64,000 nt of DNA from an uncultured Gemmatimonadales bacterium (GTDB taxonomy: Bacteria; Gemmatimonadota; Gemmatimonadetes; Gemmatimonadales; Gemmatimonadaceae), in NCBI GenBank assembly GCA_963701965.1, contig OY969695.1:1888001-1952000 (forward strand), read 5' to 3'. The position numbers and the translations under genes were made by a program. Shown here piece after piece: positions 57,629 to 64,000 of the stretch. Numbering within the stretch: position 1 is the stretch's first letter; each line of letters begins with the position of its first letter. A model generated the notes under the pieces. It was not told where the DNA came from. It was given only the letters and a program-made list of their open reading frames with translations, and did no database searches.

Positions 57629-58642
57629 ATGCCATTTGCTCGGGCGCTCGTCGCGCCGCTGCTCGCGCTCGGCCTCGTTGCTGGACCTGGCTATCACGTC
57701 CTCACGACCCATCAGATCGGCGGTCCGGGCGGGTGGGACTACGTGGCCTTCGACTCGGTCGGGCACCGGCTCTTTGTCGCGCGCCAGACGCGGGTCCAGG
57801 TACTCGATCCGGAGACCGGCGCGGTGCTCGGCGAAGTGCCCGGGCTGGGTGGGGCGCACGGAGTGGCGTTCGCCTATGAGTTCGGCCATGGCTTCGCGAC
57901 GTCGGGACGCGACAGCACGATCACCATGTTCGACCTGAAAACGCTCAAGGTCCTCGGCAAGGCGAAAGCCGCGCTCGACGCCGACGCGATCTTGTTCGAC
58001 CCGGCGACTAAGCGGGTCTTTTCGTTCAACGGCGATTCCAAGAGCTCGACGGCGGTGGACGCGAAGACGGGTGCCGTAGTCGGAACCGTCGATCTCGGGT
58101 CCGGGCCGGAGTTCGGCGTCTCGGCGGGCAACGGCAAGTTGTACGTGAACCTGGAGGACGAAGGCCAGATCGCCGAGATCGACGCCTCGGCGCTCAAAGT
58201 CACGCGGCGCTGGCCAATGGGCACGTGCAAATCAGCGACCGGGTTGGCGATCGATCGCGCGCATCATCGGCTGTTCAGCGGATGCCGGAGCAAGGTGATG
58301 ACCGTGTCGGACTATGAGGCCGGCAAGCTGGTGGCCACTCTGCCGATCGGGGCGGGAGTCGACGCGGCGGCGTTCGATCCGGGCACGGGGTACGCGTTCA
58401 GCTCCAACGGCAATGGCACCCTGACCGTGGTGCACGAGGACAGCCCGGACAAGTTCAGCGTGGCCGAGACGGTGCAGACGATGCAAGGGGCGCGGACGAT
58501 GGCGCTCGATGCGAAGACCCACAAGGTCTATCTGGTCACGGCCAAGTTCGGACCGCCGCCGGCGGAGTCGACGGCCGCGAATCCGCGCCGCCGCCCGGAA
58601 ATGATCCCGGACAGCTTCACGTTGCTCGTTCTCGGGATGTAG
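57629..58642 (+). CDS. YncE/YVTN-type beta-propeller secreted protein
   Basis: GGWDY, HGVA, GLAID...RLFSGC, IGAGVD, GARTMALD. Confidence 0.85.
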   Translation: MPFARALVAPLLALGLVAGPGYHVLTTHQIGGPGGWDYVAFDSVGHRLFVARQTRVQVLDPETGAVLGEVPGLGGAHGVAFAYEFGHGFATSGRDSTITMFDLKTLKVLGKAKAALDADAILFDPATKRVFSFNGDSKSSTAVDAKTGAVVGTVDLGSGPEFGVSAGNGKLYVNLEDEGQIAEIDASALKVTRRWPMGTCKSATGLAIDRAHHRLFSGCRSKVMTVSDYEAGKLVATLPIGAGVDAAAFDPGTGYAFSSNGNGTLTVVHEDSPDKFSVAETVQTMQGARTMALDAKTHKVYLVTAKFGPPPAESTAANPRRRPEMIPDSFTLLVLGM

Positions 58643-58646
58643 TCAA

Positions 58647-58694
58647 GAAAGAAAGGGGGGCGAGCCGGTGTTCGGGCTCACCCCCCTTTCTTTC
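58647..58694. terminator. bidirectional intrinsic terminator between convergent genes
   Basis: GAAAGAAAGGGGGGCGAGCC-N8-GGCTCACCCCCCTTTCTTTC: 20-bp arms with one mismatch (G-U on the minus strand). Confidence 0.88.
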
Positions 58695-58707
58695 GTACTT
58701 CCGCGGG

Positions 58708-60210
58708 TTACCGGTGGTGCCCGCCCCCGCCACCACCGCTGCTCACGTGACCACCACCGCTCACGTGTCCGCCACTGACATGGCCGCCGCCACTCACGCG
58801 GGCGCCGCCGCCAGCGCCGCGCGGCGCCACGGCACCGCCACCGCCCCGGACCTGCCCGGCACCACCGCCAACGCGATCATACCTGGGCTGCGCTGACGAC
58901 GGACCGGCCTCGACGCGGTGTCCAACCGGCATCGGCGCGCGGGCACCGGCACCGTAGCCCGGCGAGGCGGGCATACCGCGCATCTCTCCACCGCCACGCA
59001 TCTCGCCACCACCCCGCATCTGGCTCGCCGCCACATCACCACCCATTGTCGGCACGCGCGATCCGACGGCCCGGTTGCCGACCGTCGCCGGCTCGTTGTT
59101 CCGGTAGATCATGCGCCCCGTGTTGGGCGTCGCGCCGCGCACGCCGACGGACTGCGGGAAGACGGTCCGGGAGCCGACCGGCGTCCCAATCGACCGGCCA
59201 AACCCGCCGCCGACCGGCCGCCCAGCCGCCGCGAATCCGGCGCGCCGATAACCGACCACGCTGCCACCGGCGATGCTGCGTCCCCCGAACACCGAGGCCC
59301 GACCCGCCGCGAACGCGCGGCCACGGAACCCGACCGCGGGCCCCACGCCAAACCCGGGCTTGTGGGCAAAGAACCCAGGCCCGCGGACGAAGCCGGCAGG
59401 GAAAAAGCCGCCGCAACCGAAGCACCCGCCAAACCCGAAGCCAAACCCGACGCCGAAGAACGGGCCCGGCGCGAACGCGCCATACGCGAACGGTGAGTAG
59501 TACCACGGCGAGTACGGGTAGAACCACGGATCGTAGTACCCGCCGTAATACCAGGGCGACGGGCCATAGGCCGCAACGACCACCGGCGGATACGGATCGA
59601 CGATCGGGTCATACGGATAGGCGCCATCCGCCGCCACGTATTCCTGCGGGCGGTGGAACGGCGGCGCGACGCGATACGTCGCGATGTCGTAGTCGAAATG
59701 CGCGCCGGTCGCCATCTGCTGGACCAGATCGGTCATGACCGCCTCTTCGTGGCCGGTCACGCCGCTATCGGGAAATGACTCCGGATCCCAACCGTCGCCG
59801 CGCATGAAGTTGTCGAACTTGAACGGCTCCTGCGAATACGCCACGTAGACGGTGCCGCTGCCGTGCGTGTCCGCGACCTCGAACGCCTCGTGGTCATCGC
59901 GCGACCGGACTTCGAACTTCGACCCGCCGGACACATGACTGTCCTGCATGGGGTCGACCGGATACAACGGCCGGACGTGGCCATCCGGTGTGGCGTGAAG
60001 CACGACGACGAACCCGTCGTCGCGCACCTTCACGAACACCCGCGCATGGTCGCCGCGGTCGTACACGTTGTTGCTGTTCAGCGTCACGCGCACGACCGGC
60101 TCACCAGGCCCAGTGTTCGTGGACCCTGACCCGTATGGCGACGAGTCCTGCGCCGGTGCGACGCCCGCCCCAACCGCCAAAAGAACCAACGCGCTACGCA
60201 TCACTCTCAT
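58708..60210 (-). CDS. DUF4384-like secreted protein with Tyr/Pro- and Gly/Arg-rich low-complexity tail
   Basis: GGAGG RBS, signal peptide, YDRGD..RV...DGFVVVL...DGHVRPLYP; tail with RGGGEM and GGHVS repeats. Confidence 0.8.
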   Translation of the reverse strand: MRVMRSALVLLAVGAGVAPAQDSSPYGSGSTNTGPGEPVVRVTLNSNNVYDRGDHARVFVKVRDDGFVVVLHATPDGHVRPLYPVDPMQDSHVSGGSKFEVRSRDDHEAFEVADTHGSGTVYVAYSQEPFKFDNFMRGDGWDPESFPDSGVTGHEEAVMTDLVQQMATGAHFDYDIATYRVAPPFHRPQEYVAADGAYPYDPIVDPYPPVVVAAYGPSPWYYGGYYDPWFYPYSPWYYSPFAYGAFAPGPFFGVGFGFGFGGCFGCGGFFPAGFVRGPGFFAHKPGFGVGPAVGFRGRAFAAGRASVFGGRSIAGGSVVGYRRAGFAAAGRPVGGGFGRSIGTPVGSRTVFPQSVGVRGATPNTGRMIYRNNEPATVGNRAVGSRVPTMGGDVAASQMRGGGEMRGGGEMRGMPASPGYGAGARAPMPVGHRVEAGPSSAQPRYDRVGGGAGQVRGGGGAVAPRGAGGGARVSGGGHVSGGHVSGGGHVSSGGGGGGHHR

Positions 60211-60241
60211 AGATCCTCCGGACCTCTCGACACCTTCAGAG

Positions 60242-60287
60242 AGCGAGGAACGTGCCACGAGCTAAAACGTTGACTGACAATGACTTG
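60242..60287 (-). promoter_or_regulatory. sigma54 promoter with paired IHF-like sites
   Basis: Minus strand TGGCACGTTCCTCGCT (60242-60257); plus strand TAAAACGTTG-N5-CAATGACTTG (60263-60287). Confidence 0.7.
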
Positions 60288-60374
60288 ACTTATCTGTTGG
60301 CTCGTCCGTCTGTCCATGATTACGGACGAGGGTGTCATCGACGTTGGAAATCGTGCTCGTCCAGCAATTATACC

Positions 60375-62039
60375 CTATTTGTCGGCGTGCTGCGGCTTCG
60401 GCTTGGGCGGCGGGCGCCGATGGGCATGCTGCGGATGCTGGGCGTGTTGCTCGCCCTCGGGGTGCGGCTCGGCCTGCGGAGTGGCACGCGTCCCCGCGGC
60501 CACCTGGTGCACGGGCGGGGCATGCGCCGGCTGGGTCAGGTTCTGCCGGACCTCGTTTTCCTGAGCCGGCGCCAGCGGCCGCCCGCCGTTGGCCGCCAAC
60601 GCCCGCTGGCGATCGTCGAACGGAAGAGCGGCCGGGGGCGGGGCGGTCCGCGCCACCACCTGGCGATTTTGCACCTCTGCCGGCGGTGCCTTCACCATGG
60701 GGCGGGGCGATGGCACACCCGGCGGCGCCACACTGGCGCGTCCCGTGACGGCCGTCCGCTGGGGAACGAGCCCATCCGGAGGCGCTGTGCCCCGCCCTGG
60801 CGCTTGCGCGAACTGCTGAGCCGTGACCGGAATCCCGGCGCGCGTCACCGAGCGACCGCTCACCATCGCGTTGGCCGGCATCGCGGCCACGGCGCCCGGG
60901 GCGCCGGCGTTGCGATAGTTCACGACCGTGGTGTTCTCGATGATGGTCGTGTTGTTCACGACGTTCACCTGATGGACGTACGTGTTACTCACGACGTACG
61001 GCGGGTGGTAGATCTCGCCGGGGGCGAGAGGCACCCAACCGACGGCGCCGCCGCCACCGGACGATACGCCGACGCTCCACCCGCCCCCGCCGACAAAAGC
61101 CACCAAGGCCGGGGCGTAGACCGGCCGCTGCACGACGACGACTTCACGGCCCGGCACGGGTACCGGCCCGGGGCACCACACCCACTCCGAGCTGACGTAG
61201 GCCCAACGGCCATAGTGGTACGGCGCGTACCCCCACGGGGCATCGTCGACCCACGTCCATCCCCACGGATCGACCCACACCCAGCGCCCCGTGTGATACG
61301 GGGCCCAGCCGGGCCCGACATGATCGGGCACCCACACGTTCCCGTAGCCGTCGACATACGTCCAGTGTCCGTACTCATCGAGATCCTCGTACCCCGGCAT
61401 CTCGCGCGACACGTAGCGCACCGACACCGCTCCGTCCTCGCGGTGGTCGCGCGCCAACGACCATTGGTCAAAGGCATCCGGGGCGCCGGCGTCGGCGAGA
61501 TTGTAGGTCGGCGCGTCGGCGCCTTTGATCGTCGCCACCTGGCGGGCGTTCACTTCAAAGGTGGAGCCGGCCGCGGTCACCTGCGCGCCGCCCGTCCAAT
61601 CGGTCACCGTTGATTGGGTCCCATCATCGTTCACATCGACCCGGTACTCGCCGGCTTGCCCGAACGTGATCGCGCTGTTCGGGGTGTCGATCTCGTAGAC
61701 CTGGCCATCGTCGACCGACCGAACGCGGATGATCACGGTCCCCTGCGCCAACCGTCCCTGCAGGGTTTGGTCGTCGACCGCCACCAGGTCGAACTCGGTT
61801 TGCTGCGCCAGACGGATCGCCGTCGACCCGACGTGCACCTCGGCGCGCGACGCCGTGTCGGTCCACAGACGATCTCCGGTCGTGAGCGTCCGATTTGGCT
61901 GGGCGATTGCCCATTCGTCGACGCTCGCGGGCCGGAACGAAACGGTCCCCTCGATCAGATTCAGTCGGCCGACCCGCGCCGGCGGATCAGCCATCAAGCT
62001 CGGCGCAGCCAGCAACACCGCGAGAAAATGACACCTCAT
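60375..62039 (-). CDS. FecR-like/DUF6600 secreted protein with Trp/Tyr-rich repeats and Pro-rich tail
   Basis: AGGAGG RBS, signal peptide, DPPARVGRL, GDRLWT, DLDEYGHW, WAPYHTGRW...PWGYAPYHYGRW. Confidence 0.85.
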   Translation of the reverse strand: MRCHFLAVLLAAPSLMADPPARVGRLNLIEGTVSFRPASVDEWAIAQPNRTLTTGDRLWTDTASRAEVHVGSTAIRLAQQTEFDLVAVDDQTLQGRLAQGTVIIRVRSVDDGQVYEIDTPNSAITFGQAGEYRVDVNDDGTQSTVTDWTGGAQVTAAGSTFEVNARQVATIKGADAPTYNLADAGAPDAFDQWSLARDHREDGAVSVRYVSREMPGYEDLDEYGHWTYVDGYGNVWVPDHVGPGWAPYHTGRWVWVDPWGWTWVDDAPWGYAPYHYGRWAYVSSEWVWCPGPVPVPGREVVVVQRPVYAPALVAFVGGGGWSVGVSSGGGGAVGWVPLAPGEIYHPPYVVSNTYVHQVNVVNNTTIIENTTVVNYRNAGAPGAVAAMPANAMVSGRSVTRAGIPVTAQQFAQAPGRGTAPPDGLVPQRTAVTGRASVAPPGVPSPRPMVKAPPAEVQNRQVVARTAPPPAALPFDDRQRALAANGGRPLAPAQENEVRQNLTQPAHAPPVHQVAAGTRATPQAEPHPEGEQHAQHPQHAHRRPPPKPKPQHADK

Positions 62040-62070
62040 CAGTCCCGCCTCCTGGTTGCCAGAGCCCTTA

Positions 62071-62129
62071 AGCAAGCCACGGTCCGCTCGAGGTTTCTTG
62101 TAGACAAGTTCATGCTCGCCAATAGCTTA
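62071..62129 (-). promoter_or_regulatory. candidate sigma54 promoter with paired IHF-like sites
   Basis: Minus strand CGGACCGTGGCTTGCT (62071-62086); plus strand CAAGTTCATG-N5-CAATAGCTTA (62105-62129). Confidence 0.55.
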
Positions 62130-62134
62130 CAACG

Positions 62135-64000
62135 ATGAGATCGACTTCGCCGGCCGCGCCGTTGTCTACTGCAGTGGACACCGTCCGCCCTCAGCGAGGA
62201 ATGGCCTCGCTTGGGCTCATCGCGGTCGGGGTCGTCTTCGGCGACATCGGCACGAGTCCGATTTACGCGTTTCGCGCGGCTTTCGCTCCGGAATACGCGC
62301 TGAGCCCGACACCGGCAACGGTCCTGGGACTCATCTCGCTCATCGTCTGGGCGCTGACGCTGACGGTCAGCATCAAGTACGTGGCGTTCATCATGCGGGC
62401 CGACAACCGCGGCGAGGGGGGCATCCTGGCGTTGCTGGCGCTGGTGCCGCGGCGTAGTTGGCGCCTCATCTCCCTTGGCCTCTTTGGCGCCGCGCTGCTC
62501 TACGGGGATGGCATCATCACGCCGGCGATCTCGGTGTTGAGCGCCGTGGAGGGACTGGGCGTCGCGTCGCCGGAGCTGGCCCATCTGAGTGTCCCGATCA
62601 GCGTGATCATTCTCTTCGCGCTGTTCGCGGTCCAACGGTACGGAACGCACCGGGTCGGCCGGATCTTCGGTCCGGTGATGGTCCTGTGGTTCCTGACGAT
62701 CGCCGTCCTCGGTCTCACCGAGATCGTGCGCGCGCCGCGGATTCTCGCGGCGCTGGATCCGCTCTACGCTTGGCGTTTTCTCCAAGCGCACGGTCTCCGG
62801 GGTCTCACCGTGCTCGGCGCCGTTGTGCTCGCCGTCACCGGCGCCGAGGCGTTGTACGCCGACATGGGGTTCTTCGGCAAACGGCCCATCCGGATGGCGT
62901 GGTTCGGTCTCGTCTTTCCGGCGCTGGTGCTCAACTACGCCGGCCAGGGCGCGCTCGTGCTCCGGTCGCCGGCGAGCATCGAGGGCCCGTTCTATCTGCT
63001 GGCCCCGGCGACCCTGCGATTTCCGCTGGTCTTCCTGGCGACGGCGGCGACGGTGATCGCCTCGCAAGCATTGATCTCCGGGGTCTTCGCCCTGACGAAC
63101 CAGACCGTCCAGCTGGGCTTCAGTCCGCGGTTCGACATCGTCCACACGGCGCCCGAGTCGAAGCACGTTTACGTGCCGGCCATGAACCGGGTCATGATGC
63201 TGGGCTGCCTCTTGCTCGTCATCACCTTCCGCTCCTCCCAGGCGCTGGGTGCGGCCTATGGGATCGCGGTCACAGGCACAATGGTGATCACGACGGTGCT
63301 GTTCGCGGACATCGCGCGACACCGCTGGCGGTGGTCCCGGACACGGGTCTTCGGCGTCGCCGGCGTGTTCCTCGTCGTCGACCTGGCGTTCCTCGGTGCC
63401 AACACGCTCAAGATCGCCCACGGCGGCTGGGTCCCGCTGGCCATCGGCGTCGCGATCTGGACGCTCATGACGACGTGGGCGTGGGGGCGCGGCCGGTTGC
63501 TCGCCCGCCGGACGCGCGCCAAGGTCCCATTGACCGAGTTTCTGGGGACGCTGGCGCGGACACCGATTCCACGGGTGCCCGGCACGGTGGTCTACCTGAC
63601 GTCGCACCCGGATGGCGTGCCCCGGTCGCTCACCCATCTGGTCAGCGTGCTCAATGTCCTGCAGAAACAGGTCGTCCTGGTGTGCGTCGACTTCCAGCAG
63701 CAACCGCACGTGCCGGAGTTCGAGCGGGTCGAGGTCGAACGCTTCGCGGAGGGATTTTTTCGCGTGACGGTCGCCTACGGATTTTTGGAGCAACCGGACT
63801 TGCCCGCGGCGCTGCGCGCCTGCCGGCCGTTCGGCCTCGAGCTCCTGGGCGCGCCGATCACCTACGTGGTGACGGGCGAGCGGCTGGTGCCACCGCACGA
63901 CCGCAACCCGATCGTCCTCTGGCGCAAGCGGCTGTTCGCGGTGCTCGTGCGCAACTCGCGCTCGGCACCCGACTTTTTCAATCTGCCGCTCAACCAGGTG
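62135..64000 (+). CDS. kup: KUP/HAK/KT potassium transporter (3' end beyond window)
   Basis: Translated by hand: GVVFGDIGTSPIYA, RADNRGEGG, YGDGIITPAISVLSAVEG; same frame at the window end (PDFFNLPLNQV). Absent from the ORF track because no stop is reached. Confidence 0.95.
   Translation, partial: MRSTSPAAPLSTAVDTVRPQRGMASLGLIAVGVVFGDIGTSPIYAFRAAFAPEYALSPTPATVLGLISLIVWALTLTVSIKYVAFIMRADNRGEGGILALLALVPRRSWRLISLGLFGAALLYGDGIITPAISVLSAVEGLGVASPELAHLSVPISVIILFALFAVQRYGTHRVGRIFGPVMVLWFLTIAVLGLTEIVRAPRILAALDPLYAWRFLQAHGLRGLTVLGAVVLAVTGAEALYADMGFFGKRPIRMAWFGLVFPALVLNYAGQGALVLRSPASIEGPFYLLAPATLRFPLVFLATAATVIASQALISGVFALTNQTVQLGFSPRFDIVHTAPESKHVYVPAMNRVMMLGCLLLVITFRSSQALGAAYGIAVTGTMVITTVLFADIARHRWRWSRTRVFGVAGVFLVVDLAFLGANTLKIAHGGWVPLAIGVAIWTLMTTWAWGRGRLLARRTRAKVPLTEFLGTLARTPIPRVPGTVVYLTSHPDGVPRSLTHLVSVLNVLQKQVVLVCVDFQQQPHVPEFERVEVERFAEGFFRVTVAYGFLEQPDLPAALRACRPFGLELLGAPITYVVTGERLVPPHDRNPIVLWRKRLFAVLVRNSRSAPDFFNLPLNQV

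Noticed and set aside
1..64000. Mobile elements, prophage, rRNA, tRNA
   Set aside because: No transposase, integrase, phage structural gene or structural RNA gene was recognised by eye.

Overview
High-GC bacterial chromosomal segment; the gene style suggests Gemmatimonadota, but that is an inference and was not checked. It holds about 57 genes and I saw no rRNA, tRNA, CRISPR or mobile element. Recognisable housekeeping genes are acnA, queC-queE-queD, aguB-aguA, glycerate kinase, kup (running off the window end) and M16/M20/M28/M23/NlpC-P60 peptidases. A Wzy-dependent exopolysaccharide (EPS) cluster spans about 36.3-51.7 kb, followed by a TonB receptor/ECF sigma/anti-sigma unit. Main signals not visible in the ORF track: (1) a well-formed c-di-GMP-I (GEMM) riboswitch just before the RBS of a GH30 lipoprotein; (2) a coupled operon of a cNMP-binding protein plus three enzyme homologues that appear to lack catalytic residues (GalU-like, AdoMetDC-like, membrane-anchored GH-like); (3) sigma54 -24/-12 promoter candidates, several with IHF-like sites, before EPS and secreted-protein genes, plus a near-perfect CRP box upstream of the EPS operon; (4) many housekeeping genes that look leaderless (TAnnnT 6-8 nt before the start codon); (5) an 81-codon pentapeptide-repeat expansion inside glycerate kinase; (6) a patatin-ferredoxin fusion. 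Six single-base frameshifts and one in-frame stop suggest residual sequencing or assembly error. All calls are by-eye motif recognition; no database searches were run.
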